Part shown: piece after piece, positions 8,614 through 18,536 of the stretch
Layout: each line of letters begins with the position of its first letter
Position numbering within the stretch: the first letter of the stretch is position 1
Origin: Gemmatimonadota bacterium
GTDB taxonomy: Bacteria; Gemmatimonadota; Gemmatimonadetes; Palauibacterales; Palauibacteraceae
Length of the DNA: 64,000 nucleotides
Assembly (NCBI GenBank): GCA_039586095.1
Contig: JBDHLB010000009.1
Span: 2,160 to 66,159, forward strand
Reading direction: 5' to 3'
The notes under the pieces: generated by a model
What the model saw: only the letters and a program-made list of their open reading frames with translations
Told to the model about the DNA's origin: nothing
Databases searched by the model: none
Position numbers and translations under genes: made by a program

Positions 8614-10740
8614 TTACTCGAACTCTGGCTCGCGAAGCTCCCGAATATCGTCGGGCTCACCCACAATGCTCAAGCGGTCACCCAACTCGAGTATCGTGTC
8701 ACCGTGTGGCACGACGATGCGACCGTGCCGTCGGATCAGGGCCACCAGAGCGCTTCGAGGCAAATGCACGTCGCGCAGAGGTCGGCCGGCCAGGGCGGAC
8801 CACATACCATCCGGGTCGATCCGCAGCGTGACGAAACGATCGTGTCGGATGACCGCCGCACGAAGCGCGTTCTCTCCCTCGGCCGCATTCCAGTCGACCC
8901 AGAACTCTTTACTGTCGACCTGCTCCGCGATCGCTGCCAGCATCCGCAGGTGCTGGGCGTTGTCTCCTCGCGGGCTGACCAGGAAGAAGACGGCGTGGAC
9001 GGGTTCCGTGGAGTCCGGGGTGCGGTCCGGGTCGAGTTGTGCCTCGCCGCCGGGAGGAATGACAGGAATGCCCGTAAGGGAGCGGGCGAGCACGAGTTCC
9101 GGTCGCTCTGCGCCCGACGTGCGGAAGTGGGGTAGAGCGGCCCCGTGGGAGACCGGCGTAGCACCCGTCAGGCTGCCCCGGAGCAACTCCTCCGCGATGT
9201 GGTCTCTGCCGCCGCGCACCCGGTCAGCGAGTCGCTCGGCGGCCTCGCGCGTCGCCTCCTCGTAGGTCACCTCGCCGGCCAGATCGAGAACGAACGACCG
9301 GGCGACGACCTCTTCCAGCGGATCCTCCGCGCGCAGTCCTTTTTCCTTGAGGATGATCCGAAGCTCGCTATCCAGATCGACGTCTCGCCGTTGGCCCAGG
9401 CGCTCGAACCAGTGAAACACCGCGCCCTCACGCGTGATGTGAGCGCGAGCGTACCAGTGGTACCAGACGATCCCGACGGCCACGAGCGCTGCGGCAAACA
9501 GAATCGGGCCTATGCCCATGGCCGCGATGAGAAGAAACGGGGCTATGAAACCGACCACCTGGAGGAAGGGGTAAAGTGGCGCTCGATACCCGGGATCGTA
9601 GGCCGCCAGGCCGCTCTCCCGCATGATGATCACGGCCAGGCACAGAAGCGCGAACACGAGAAGCTGAAACGTGCTGGCCAGCTTGGCGACGCTGAGCACA
9701 TCCAGCGTCGACAGCGCGAGGATCGCGCACGCCACGGTGAGGAGGATCGCGAACGTCGGCGTTCGGAATCGGCCCAGATGACCCAGGAGCTCGGGCACCA
9801 GCCCGTCGCGCGCCATGGCCAGCGGATATCGAGACGCAGAGAGGATCGCCGCATTCGCGGCCGATGCCAGCGCGGCCAGCGCCGGTAGGATGATGGCCGG
9901 GATCAGGAGCCAGCGTGGTATGCGCGCGAAGATCGCGGCACCGGCACTGGCCACGGGTGTGAGGTCGCCGTGCAGGAGGTCGGGTTCGACCGTGGCCACC
10001 ATCAGAAAGACGCCGATCGCGTAGATCACGGCGGCGGTGAGCAGGGCGAGGATCATGCCCAGCGGAATGTTACGCTCCGGGTCCTTCACCTCCTCGGAGA
10101 GACTCGCCACTTTCGTGAGTCCCGCGTAAGAGATGAAGACGAGGCCGGCCGTAGCCGCCAGCCCTTCGACGCCCGTGGCGAAGAACGGCGTCATTCGGGC
10201 CTGGAGTGTGCCCTCTCGCCCGAGCTGCAACGCAGACAGCGAGCCACCGATCAGGAAGACCGCGAGGAAGCCGAGCACGGACAGCACCAGGTACCGTTGC
10301 ACTCGTCCCGATACGCCGGTGCCGAAGTACGCCAGGAGACCGACGAGCAGTGTCAGGCCGATCGCGACCGGTCGGTAGGGGAGGTGAACCAGGATCGCCA
10401 GGTAGGCCCCCAGACCGATCAGCGCGAACGCGGCTTTGAGCACAAGCACGAGCCACGTTCCGATCCCGCCGACCGTTCCGATGATCGGGCCCAGGCTCCG
10501 ATCGAGGAAGTAGTAGGTGCCCCCAGCCCGCGGCATGGCGGAGGCCAGCTCCGACTGGCTGAGCATCGCGGGGACCATCAGAGCGCTGCCCACGAGATAG
10601 GCGACGACCACGGCCGGACCGGCGATGGACGACGCCAGACCCGGGAGCAGGAAGAAGCCGGAGCTCAACATCGGTCCGAGCGCCAGCACGTAGACGTCCC
10701 GGAATTCCAGTGCTTTCTTCAGCCGAGTCTGGCTGTGCAT
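8614..10740 (-). CDS. APC-family amino acid/cation permease fused to PTS-EIIA(Ntr)-like and TrkA_C (RCK_C) domains
   Basis: Multi-TM APC core (YVLALGPMLSSGFFLLPG...MPRAGGTYYF). An EIIA type-2-like segment follows, with a His (VSHGAALPHFRTSG), and then TrkA_C (VALIRRHGRIVVPHGDTILELGDRLSIVGEPDDIREL). I start it at ATG 10740 (MHSQTRLKK); the track start at 10794 adds 18 Arg-rich codons. Confidence 0.8.
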   Translation of the reverse strand: MHSQTRLKKALEFRDVYVLALGPMLSSGFFLLPGLASSIAGPAVVVAYLVGSALMVPAMLSQSELASAMPRAGGTYYFLDRSLGPIIGTVGGIGTWLVLVLKAAFALIGLGAYLAILVHLPYRPVAIGLTLLVGLLAYFGTGVSGRVQRYLVLSVLGFLAVFLIGGSLSALQLGREGTLQARMTPFFATGVEGLAATAGLVFISYAGLTKVASLSEEVKDPERNIPLGMILALLTAAVIYAIGVFLMVATVEPDLLHGDLTPVASAGAAIFARIPRWLLIPAIILPALAALASAANAAILSASRYPLAMARDGLVPELLGHLGRFRTPTFAILLTVACAILALSTLDVLSVAKLASTFQLLVFALLCLAVIIMRESGLAAYDPGYRAPLYPFLQVVGFIAPFLLIAAMGIGPILFAAALVAVGIVWYHWYARAHITREGAVFHWFERLGQRRDVDLDSELRIILKEKGLRAEDPLEEVVARSFVLDLAGEVTYEEATREAAERLADRVRGGRDHIAEELLRGSLTGATPVSHGAALPHFRTSGAERPELVLARSLTGIPVIPPGGEAQLDPDRTPDSTEPVHAVFFLVSPRGDNAQHLRMLAAIAEQVDSKEFWVDWNAAEGENALRAAVIRHDRFVTLRIDPDGMWSALAGRPLRDVHLPRSALVALIRRHGRIVVPHGDTILELGDRLSIVGEPDDIRELREPEFE

Positions 10741-10972
10741 GCGAAGGTCAGCGCTCCGCTTCCCGGGGAGACGTCCTGCTCGAGTCGATCGCACACCCTA
10801 CGGAACCGGGACCGCGATTTCCAATCGAGATGTGCCAGCGGCAGCGAGCGTCAGTCACGGAGAGCGTCAGGTGCACAGAGCGAGGGACACCTGTTGTCAC
10901 GAGTGCGCCAGAATGAAAAGGTGATACGATTGGTGGTCGCGTTGCCACGCTGGACGGAATAGGAGCGAAACG

Positions 10973-12055
10973 GTGAAGATCGCAGTACTCGGCTCAGGGG
11001 CCGGTGGCACGGCCGTCGGCTTTGACTGGTCGGCGCACGGTCACGACGTATCCCTCTTCGACTTCGAGCCGTTCCCGGACAACGTGCGTCACATTGCCGA
11101 GTCCCGCCGAATCGAGGCCGAAGGCGATCTGCAGGGCTCAGCTCCGATCGCGTATGCCGGCCATGAGCTCGAAACGGTATTGCGCGGAGCCGAACTCGTG
11201 TTCGTGGTGGGCCCCGCGTTCGCGACACGACCCTTCGCGGCCGCGTGTGCCCCGCTGCTCGAGGCGGGGCAGGAGATCGTGGTGTGCCCCGGCTCCACGG
11301 GCGGTGCCCTGGCCTTCAAGCAGGCAGCCGGCCTCGAGGTCGCGTCGGACGAGGTCCGCGTGTCCGAAACCTCGACGCTCCCGTACGCCGTACGCCTCAC
11401 CGAGCCGGGGCGCATTCGCGTGTTTCTCAAGCTCTCCGGCGGCTTCTTCGTGGCGACGCTCCCCGCGCGGCACACCGCGCGAACGCTCGGCCTGCTGCAG
11501 ACGGTGTATCCCGGGCTCGAGCCGGCCCGCAACGTCCTCCAGACGACGCTCCAGAATGCGAACCCGGTGATCCACCCGGCCGTCACGCTGCTCAACACAG
11601 CGCTGCTCGAGCGCACGGGCGGCGACTTCCTCTTTTACGAAGAGGGTGTGACACCGGCGGTGGGGCGCTTGATCGAAGCGGTGGATCGGGAGAGGATCGC
11701 GATCGGGGAGGCTCTGGGGATCGAGGTCGTTCCCGATCCGGAGCTCAGTCTCCGACAGGGCTACATGACGGACGCCTCGTACGAGGACGGGTACCGCACG
11801 GCGCCCGGCTTCCGGGGGATCAAAGCCCAGTCGAGCCTCGATCACCGGTACCTCAACGAGGATGTGGGCTACGGGCTCGTGTTTCTCGCCGAGCTCGGGC
11901 GGCAGCTGCGCGTGGCGACCCCCGTCATGGACTCGGTGATCGCCCTCACGTCCCGGCTCATGAGCCGGGACTATCGTGCGGACGCGCCGCACACGCCCGC
12001 CACGCTCGGCATCGCGGGCCTGGACGCGCCCGCCCTGGTGGAGCGGGTGTCCTGA
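10973..12055 (+). CDS. NAD(P)-dependent opine (octopine/nopaline) dehydrogenase family protein
   Basis: N-terminal Rossmann motif MKIAVLGSGAGGTAVGFDW. The length and the C-terminal helical domain pattern (NANPVIHPAVTLLN...FLFYEEGVTPAVGRLIEAVDRERIAIGEALG) are typical of the family. Confidence 0.8.
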   Translation: MKIAVLGSGAGGTAVGFDWSAHGHDVSLFDFEPFPDNVRHIAESRRIEAEGDLQGSAPIAYAGHELETVLRGAELVFVVGPAFATRPFAAACAPLLEAGQEIVVCPGSTGGALAFKQAAGLEVASDEVRVSETSTLPYAVRLTEPGRIRVFLKLSGGFFVATLPARHTARTLGLLQTVYPGLEPARNVLQTTLQNANPVIHPAVTLLNTALLERTGGDFLFYEEGVTPAVGRLIEAVDRERIAIGEALGIEVVPDPELSLRQGYMTDASYEDGYRTAPGFRGIKAQSSLDHRYLNEDVGYGLVFLAELGRQLRVATPVMDSVIALTSRLMSRDYRADAPHTPATLGIAGLDAPALVERVS

Positions 12056-12058
12056 GCG

Positions 12059-12808
12059 TCAGTCCTCCGTCTGTTCCTGCTCGTCCTCATCAGGCGTCTG
12101 GATGAACGGCAAGCTCACGAAGAACTGGAAGACCGAGTTCCTGACGGCGTCACCCGGGTTGTCCTGGATGATGTCCGTCAGCCCCTGTGCGTAGCGGGCA
12201 TGTACGTTCAGCCCCTTTCCCGCACGGGCGTTGCCCAGGCTGTAGACCACTTCAAACGCCCAGCCGAAGTCGAACGTGTTCCAGCTCAGCTGCGACTCCT
12301 GGGCAAGCTGTAGCTCGTCGTCCTCCTGAATCTCCCTGTCGTAGACGTTGCTGGCTCCGGTCCGTATGCCGACGTACGGTCCCGTTCCCACCCTGAACTG
12401 GTCGGCCACCTGGTACTGTGCGATGACCGGAATGTCGATGTAGCTGAGGTCCATTCTGGACTCATCCGGGGGCGCGATGAGCTCATCCAGATCCGCGTTT
12501 CCTGTGGGGAGATACGGAATGTCGTTGGCCCCTTTTCGAGACAGCGGGGCGAACTCGGGCACCAGATACAGCCGATTACCCAGTTTGATCGTCGCCAGCA
12601 GGCCGAAATTGAATCCGAGACTCCGACTCGTGTCATCGAACCCGGAGATGTCGGCCAGGTTTGCGCCCGCCTTGAGGCTGAAGTGGAAGTTCTCACTGGC
12701 CACTTTGTCCCCGAACAGCAGCACGAGCAACGCTGCCTGGGCATTACACGGCGTCGCGTACAGGCACAACATGATGAGGCTAAGGCACAGCCACCTGAGC
12801 TTCTTCAT
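12059..12808 (-). CDS. Outer-membrane beta-barrel protein (OmpA-like barrel / porin family)
   Basis: Signal peptide MKKLRWLCLSLIMLCLYATPCNAQA. The body shows alternating amphipathic beta-strand patterns rich in aromatics and Gly (FNFGLLATIKL, RVGTGPYVGIRTG, WAFEVVYSLG, LNVHARYAQGL). It carries an unusual acidic tail, PDEDEQEQTED. Confidence 0.7.
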   Translation of the reverse strand: MKKLRWLCLSLIMLCLYATPCNAQAALLVLLFGDKVASENFHFSLKAGANLADISGFDDTSRSLGFNFGLLATIKLGNRLYLVPEFAPLSRKGANDIPYLPTGNADLDELIAPPDESRMDLSYIDIPVIAQYQVADQFRVGTGPYVGIRTGASNVYDREIQEDDELQLAQESQLSWNTFDFGWAFEVVYSLGNARAGKGLNVHARYAQGLTDIIQDNPGDAVRNSVFQFFVSLPFIQTPDEDEQEQTED

Positions 12809-12874
12809 CTCTTCTTGCCTCCGTTTCGTTGGATGTCGGCAGGGCTCGGCGCTCGAGCGAAGCCTCGAAGGGGT

Positions 12875-14182
12875 TCAGCCACCGGTGATGAAGGAGCGAT
12901 CGAGCGCTGCCACAGACGGTACGCCATGCAACTGCATCGCGAGACGGAGCTCAGCCCGCAGGATCTCCAGCACCTTCTCCACGCCTTCCTGGCCGAACGC
13001 GGCCAGGCCCCAGATGTACGGCCGGCCGATGCAGATGGCATCGGCGCCCAGGGCGAGCGCTTTGAGCACATCGGTGCCGCGGCGGAACCCACCATCGATG
13101 AGCACGGGAATTCGACCGCCTACGGCATCCACGACCTCCGGCAAGCTCTCGATCGTGCTCCGCCCGCTCGCCTCCGCCCGACCCCCGTGGTTCGAGACGA
13201 CGACGGCGTCCGCGCCGTACTCCACGCACCGCCGAGCGTCGTCGTCCCGGACGATTCCCTTCACGACGATCTGCATGTCGGTCGTGTCTCTGAGCCGCCC
13301 GATGAACTCCCAGGTCATGGACGGCGTGCCAAAGTAGACGCGGCTCATGTCGAGTCCGTCGAACATCGGCTTACGACGCAGCCACCCCGTCGGCATGTTC
13401 ATCGGATCGTCGTCCCCCGGTGCCGCCTCGTGGCATTCTTCGCAGTCGCGCGGGTCCTTCCGGATGTAGCGCTCCAGCGTCTCGCGATTGCTGTCGACGG
13501 GCAGATCGACTGTCAGCACCAGGGCCTGGCACCCGGCATCCTCGGCCCGGCGAACAAGCTTTTCGCCCACCGTCCAGCTCGACGTGGGATACAGCTGATA
13601 CCAGACGGGCCGGCTGCGAGCGGCGTTCACGTCCTCCACCGATGTCGTGGTGACCGTAGAGAGGATCTGGTGGTGGCCGGCCGCGGCCGAAGCCCGGGCC
13701 GCCGCGAGCTCTCCTTCGGCATGAAAGGCTTTCTGACTGCCGACCGGCGCGAGAACGATCGGCGTGTCCCATCGCTCACCCAGCAGATCCACGCTCAGGT
13801 CGATCTCGGACACGTCGACCAGCCTGCGCGCTCGCAGGTCGAAGCGCTCGAAGCCATCCCGGTTGGCCCGCAGCGTCTCGTCGCCATCCACGCCGGTGGC
13901 GAGATATCCGTAGTGTGCCGGCGGCAGGACCTGCTCGGCTACCGCCTGGAAATCGAACACGTTGATCGCGTCGTCCGGAGAGGCTATGCGGTCGGCCAGT
14001 TCCCGCACGACGTCCTCCGGGAGCTTCGACCCCCGCGGCGCGCCCTCCGGCACAGCGCCCTCCGGAAGCGTCCAGGCCGAATCCGGACTCGTACACGCCT
14101 GAAACCCGACCAACGACAGCAGCGGGCTGCCGGCGAGGAAACGGAGGAACGTGCGCCGGGATGGATACTTCATTTCGTCCAT
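12875..14182 (-). CDS. FMN-dependent alpha-hydroxy-acid oxidase/dehydrogenase (LldD/glycolate oxidase family) with Tat signal
   Basis: Family motifs VVSNHGGRAEASG, PVLIDGGFRRGTDVLKALALGA and the core TSSWTVGEKLVRRAEDAGCQALVLTVD. I start it at ATG 14182 (MDEMKYPSRRTFLRFLAGSP), which exposes a twin-arginine motif, SRRTFL. The track ORF extends 82 codons further upstream. Confidence 0.85.
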   Translation of the reverse strand: MDEMKYPSRRTFLRFLAGSPLLSLVGFQACTSPDSAWTLPEGAVPEGAPRGSKLPEDVVRELADRIASPDDAINVFDFQAVAEQVLPPAHYGYLATGVDGDETLRANRDGFERFDLRARRLVDVSEIDLSVDLLGERWDTPIVLAPVGSQKAFHAEGELAAARASAAAGHHQILSTVTTTSVEDVNAARSRPVWYQLYPTSSWTVGEKLVRRAEDAGCQALVLTVDLPVDSNRETLERYIRKDPRDCEECHEAAPGDDDPMNMPTGWLRRKPMFDGLDMSRVYFGTPSMTWEFIGRLRDTTDMQIVVKGIVRDDDARRCVEYGADAVVVSNHGGRAEASGRSTIESLPEVVDAVGGRIPVLIDGGFRRGTDVLKALALGADAICIGRPYIWGLAAFGQEGVEKVLEILRAELRLAMQLHGVPSVAALDRSFITGG

Positions 14183-14445
14183 TGTGGGTCTCCTGCCTGG
14201 ATCTCGTGCCTGGATCACCTGGTCGCGGCGAAGCCCCATGATGCGCAGACGCTCATGGCCGATGCCAGTCCGGGCAGCAGGCCTGCCATCCGTCCGAATC
14301 GACGCAGCCGTCACGCCCCGAAACGGCGGGACAGTCGAAAAATCATTAAACTGTATTGTCGTACCTTGAACACTCGCTGATCGCGAATCGACAGCGCATT
14401 CGCGTTTTCGTCCCGAGCAGGGCAACACGCCCGAGGAGATCGTGA

Positions 14446-15993
14446 TTGCGCAAGCTGCGAATCGGCATCATCGACCTGGTTGCCAAAACCCCCACAAAAG
14501 CCCTCTACGCCCGCGTGATGAACGCGAATCTGGCCAGCATCATGCCTCAGGTGCTCGGCGTCTGGTGCGAGGAGGAAGGGCATGAGGTGAGCCTGGTCTG
14601 CTACACGGGCTTCGAAGACCTGACCGAGGAGCTTCCGGACGACATCGATCTGCTGATCATCGGCGCGTTCTCGCAAGCGGCGCAGCTTTCCTACGCGATC
14701 AGCGCGATGTTCCGGGCACGGGGCGTGGTGACCTGCCTCGGCGGTCCCCATGCGCGCTGCTATCCGCAGGACGCGCAGAAGTACTTCGATTACGTCCTCG
14801 GGTTCACGGACCGGGATGTGTTGAGGGATGTACTGGACAACTGCACCGCGCACCGGCCGGTGGGCCGGCACCTGTCGGCGACCCAGCAGCCCCTGTCGCT
14901 TCCCGGCGTCCGCGCGCGCTGGAAGTTCATCGAGCCGACGCTGCGAAAGGCGCCGACCATCAAGATCGTCCCGATGCTCGGCAGCCTGGGCTGTCCCTAT
15001 TCATGCAGCTTCTGCATCGATTCCGAGGTCAAGTACCAGCCGCTCGATTTCGAGGAGATGAAGGAGGATCTCCGGTTCCTGCAGACGAAGATGAAGCGGC
15101 CGCGAGTAGGTTGGCACGACCCCAACTTCGGCGTGCGATTCGACGACTACATGGATGCGATCGAAGAAGCGGTCCCGCCGGGCGCGATCGACTTCATCGC
15201 AGAGAGCAGCCTGTCGCTTCTGTCCGAGCCGCACGTCGAGCGGCTGGCCAGAAACGGATTCAAGGCGTTACTGCCCGGGATCGAATCGTGGTACGACCTC
15301 GGAAACAAGTCGAAAACCGGAAAGAAGCAGGGCATCGAAAAAGTGGAGCAGGTCGCCGACCATGCGAACATGCTTCTGCGTCACGTGCCGTACCTGCAGA
15401 CGAACTTCGTGCTTGGACTCGACGGAGACGAGGGCCCGGAACCCTTCGAGTTGACCAAAAGGTTTCTGGATCGCTCGCCGGGCGCGTTCCCCGGCTTCTC
15501 GCTTCTGACAGCGTTCGGTGAGGCCGCCCCTCTCAACCTGGAGTATCAGAAGGACGACCGGGTGCTGAGCTTCCCCTTCCATTTCCTGAACAACCACTAC
15601 GCCATGAACGTCCGTCCCAGGAACTACGAGTGGCCGGAGTTCTACGATCACGTGATCGATCTCACCCGGTACAGCTTCTCCAGGAAGCGAGTGTGGCGCC
15701 GCTTGAAGGCGAACGACGGCGCGATCCCGAGTCTGATGAACGTCGTGCGCGCCATCTCATCGGAGGGTCGAGGCCGGATCGAGTTTTACAGCACCATCCG
15801 GGACAAGCTCGCGACGGACATCGGTTTCCGCGGCTATTTCGAGGGGGACACGGACGAGCTGCCGGACTTCTACCGTGATCGAGTCAGGGCCGATCTCGGA
15901 CCGTTCTGGGATTATCTGCCCGACGGAGCCATGCATCACGACCCGCATGCCTTCCTGAATGCGAACCGCGGGGCGAGAGCCCGCACGGCCTAA
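14446..15993 (+). CDS. B12-binding-domain radical SAM protein
   Basis: Radical SAM cluster motif CPYSCSFC (CxxxCxxC), preceded by an N-terminal Rossmann-like cobalamin-binding-type domain (LRIGIIDLV...DIDLLIIGAF). The start is TTG 14446, with GAGGAG 8 nt upstream. Confidence 0.8.
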   Translation: MRKLRIGIIDLVAKTPTKALYARVMNANLASIMPQVLGVWCEEEGHEVSLVCYTGFEDLTEELPDDIDLLIIGAFSQAAQLSYAISAMFRARGVVTCLGGPHARCYPQDAQKYFDYVLGFTDRDVLRDVLDNCTAHRPVGRHLSATQQPLSLPGVRARWKFIEPTLRKAPTIKIVPMLGSLGCPYSCSFCIDSEVKYQPLDFEEMKEDLRFLQTKMKRPRVGWHDPNFGVRFDDYMDAIEEAVPPGAIDFIAESSLSLLSEPHVERLARNGFKALLPGIESWYDLGNKSKTGKKQGIEKVEQVADHANMLLRHVPYLQTNFVLGLDGDEGPEPFELTKRFLDRSPGAFPGFSLLTAFGEAAPLNLEYQKDDRVLSFPFHFLNNHYAMNVRPRNYEWPEFYDHVIDLTRYSFSRKRVWRRLKANDGAIPSLMNVVRAISSEGRGRIEFYSTIRDKLATDIGFRGYFEGDTDELPDFYRDRVRADLGPFWDYLPDGAMHHDPHAFLNANRGARARTA

Positions 15994-16715
15994 CCAGCAT
16001 CGGGGTTCGGGAACCGCGCGACTTCCTCGCCCGCCTGATCGAGGACCCGCAGGGCCGGAGTCCCGTCAGCGGCCACTTCGAGGATCAGGCGTTCGCGTCC
16101 CTCGTCGTCGTTGAGCCGAAGTGACACCGATCCATTGTGGCTCTTCCCCAGGTAGAGGCGCGGATGCGCCGATTCGCGTTCCGCGAAGAACTCCGACAGT
16201 TCGACTTCCTGTTCGGCCTCGGGGAGCGTCTTCGTTCGTTCGACAAGCTGGATGAGCTCCTCGATCGAATAGTTGGGCCGGTCCCACACCGACAATCCCG
16301 CCTTCCGGTTTCCGCCGTCCTCGGAAGCGTTGAAGGTGAGCACCTGATCCTGTTCGTACTGGTCGAAGCTCAGGTGCCCGAACGCACTCACATTGCCGTC
16401 CGCGTCCTTCGCGCCCCCAAAGATCAGGCCGCCCTGCTCGGTGCCCTCGTCGTTGAAGAAGAGAATGCCCGCGGTGCTGCGACTGGGATGCTCGTACTCC
16501 GCGCCCTTTATGAGAATCCCGGGAAACAATGCCTTGCTGGAGAGAACCAGCCGGACCGTCCCGTCCGGCTCGACGACGTTGATCCGCTGCACTGCGATTT
16601 CCTCGAAGCTCTGCGTGCGGTTGCCCGCGAAGCCTGTCGACACGGTGAGCACGAGGACCGCAGTGAGGCAGGCGGAATAGATGGCAAAGAAGCGGTGTCC
16701 GAGACCGGGCTTCAA
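15990..16715 (-). CDS. Hypothetical exported/membrane-anchored protein
   Basis: 241-aa ORF with an N-terminal hydrophobic anchor, FFAIYSACLTAVLVLTVSTGFAG. Composition looks coding (not Arg-rich). I recognise no motif. It converges on the radical SAM gene with a 4-nt overlap. Confidence 0.55.
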   Translation of the reverse strand: MKPGLGHRFFAIYSACLTAVLVLTVSTGFAGNRTQSFEEIAVQRINVVEPDGTVRLVLSSKALFPGILIKGAEYEHPSRSTAGILFFNDEGTEQGGLIFGGAKDADGNVSAFGHLSFDQYEQDQVLTFNASEDGGNRKAGLSVWDRPNYSIEELIQLVERTKTLPEAEQEVELSEFFAERESAHPRLYLGKSHNGSVSLRLNDDEGRERLILEVAADGTPALRVLDQAGEEVARFPNPDAG

Positions 16716-17020
16716 GGGAGGACTCCTTTCACGCTAAACGTTTGCAATAGTGTGACTTCTCTCCATTCTAGAGACTCACGCCTCGCGCCGTAAGTAGCAA
16801 CCAGGCTTGCCGGTCGCGTATTTGGTCGTCGCTCTCACGGGCCTCGAGAGTTGCCCGAAGGCCCTTCACAGCGTAAGACTTTCCGTCATCTGCTCCACCC
16901 GACTTTGCACACGGATGGTTCTGCCTGGCTCTATAGACTGACGGTTCCGATTGACGAGCCGCGCCAGTCGCATGTGCTCGCTCGCACTCTAACAGCGTGG
17001 TACAACCGAGGGGGGCAATC

Positions 17021-18508
17021 ATGGATCGACGTGAGTTTTGTCGTGGGGCCATCGCCGCGGGGATGACAGCTGCGATCCCGGGACTGGCGGCTTGCGACCG
17101 CTGGACGCCGGGTGGCGACCGGGCACAGACGAGCATACGCGGACTCTCTCTCTCGGGCGAGGAGATCGAGCTCGAGCGAGCGGCCATCCAGGAATTCGCC
17201 GACAGCTTGACCGGTCCCGTTCTCCTCTCCGACCACCCGGACTACGACACGGCCCGACGCATCTGGAACGGCATGCACGACAGGCGCCCGGCGTTGATCG
17301 CGCGCTGCATGAACAGCCAGGACGTCAGCAACGCCGTGACTTTCGCGCGCGAGCGCGAGCTGCTTACCTCGGTGCGCGGCGGGGGTCACAGCTGGCCCGG
17401 CAAGTCCGTGGCCGATGACGGGCTGATGATCGATCTGTCGGCGATGAACCAGGTGACAGTGGACGCCGACGCGCAGCGAGCGTCCGCCGGGGGCGGGGCG
17501 CTGCTCGGTCAGCTCGACGCCACGACTCTGGACCAGGGCCTGGTCACGACGGCCGGTGTCGTCTCGCACACGGGGTGCGGCGGACTCACCCTCGGTGGCG
17601 GTTTTGGCCGTCTGAATCGCAGGCACGGCCTGACGATCGACAACGTGGTGGGCGCCGAGCTCGTTACGGCTGACGGCCAGGTTCGCCGGATCAGCGAGGA
17701 GCAGGACGCCGATCTGTTCTGGGCCATTCGGGGCGGCGGCGGGAATTTCGGTGTCGTCACTCAGTTCGAGTACCGGGTGCACCCCTTCGATCGGAACGTC
17801 CTCTCAGGGATGATCGTGTGGCCCATCGAGCAGGCGCGCGAAGTGCTCGACTTCTACGGCGACTGGTACGCCGGTCTGTCTGACGAGCTGTACGTCGGTC
17901 CGATCATTGCGACGCTGCCCGATGGCCAGGGCGTGCTCCTGATGGAGGTCGTATACGCCACAGATCCGTCGGCGGGAGAAAGAGAGCTCGCGCCGCTGCG
18001 GAGCGTGGGCAGCCCGCTGGATGACGGTGTTGTCGTGCAGGATTACACGGTCATGCAGACGAAGGAGGACGAGGCCTTCGGCCATGGCATCCGCTCCTAC
18101 GTGAAGAGCGGCATGGTAAAGGAGATCACGCCGGAGCTGATCGACGCGATGCTCGAGTCGTACGTGCAGGACCCGCGCCTCGCCATGTTCACGCACACTG
18201 CGGGCGGAGCTGTGGCGCGGGTCGACGAGCTCGCGACCGCGTTTCCACAGCGCAATGCCGAGACGATGCTCATCGTCGGAGGCGGGTGGACGGAACCGGC
18301 CGAAGACGAGGAAGCCATCGCAACGGCACGCGAGTGGTACTACCAGCTCGAGCCGTTCATGGGCGGCTACTACGACAACATCGATTTCGACGGGGCAGCA
18401 GGGAACTACGGCCCGGTCTACGAGCGTCTAAGCCAGATCAAGGGTCAGTACGACCCGATGAACCTGTTCCGGCTCAACAACAACGTGCAGCCGGCTGCGG
18501 GGGTCTGA
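17021..18508 (+). CDS. FAD-linked oxidase (PCMH-type FAD-binding + BBE domain), Tat lipoprotein
   Basis: The start MDRREFCRGAIAAGMTAAIPGLAAC combines a twin-arginine signal with a lipobox (LAAC). The FAD-binding motif VRGGGHSWPG and a BBE-type C-terminus (YGPVYERLSQIKGQYDPMNLFRLNNNVQP) are both present. Confidence 0.85.
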   Translation: MDRREFCRGAIAAGMTAAIPGLAACDRWTPGGDRAQTSIRGLSLSGEEIELERAAIQEFADSLTGPVLLSDHPDYDTARRIWNGMHDRRPALIARCMNSQDVSNAVTFARERELLTSVRGGGHSWPGKSVADDGLMIDLSAMNQVTVDADAQRASAGGGALLGQLDATTLDQGLVTTAGVVSHTGCGGLTLGGGFGRLNRRHGLTIDNVVGAELVTADGQVRRISEEQDADLFWAIRGGGGNFGVVTQFEYRVHPFDRNVLSGMIVWPIEQAREVLDFYGDWYAGLSDELYVGPIIATLPDGQGVLLMEVVYATDPSAGERELAPLRSVGSPLDDGVVVQDYTVMQTKEDEAFGHGIRSYVKSGMVKEITPELIDAMLESYVQDPRLAMFTHTAGGAVARVDELATAFPQRNAETMLIVGGGWTEPAEDEEAIATAREWYYQLEPFMGGYYDNIDFDGAAGNYGPVYERLSQIKGQYDPMNLFRLNNNVQPAAGV

Positions 18509-18536
18509 GCGGTCGCGGGTACGCGGCAGGGAATCG

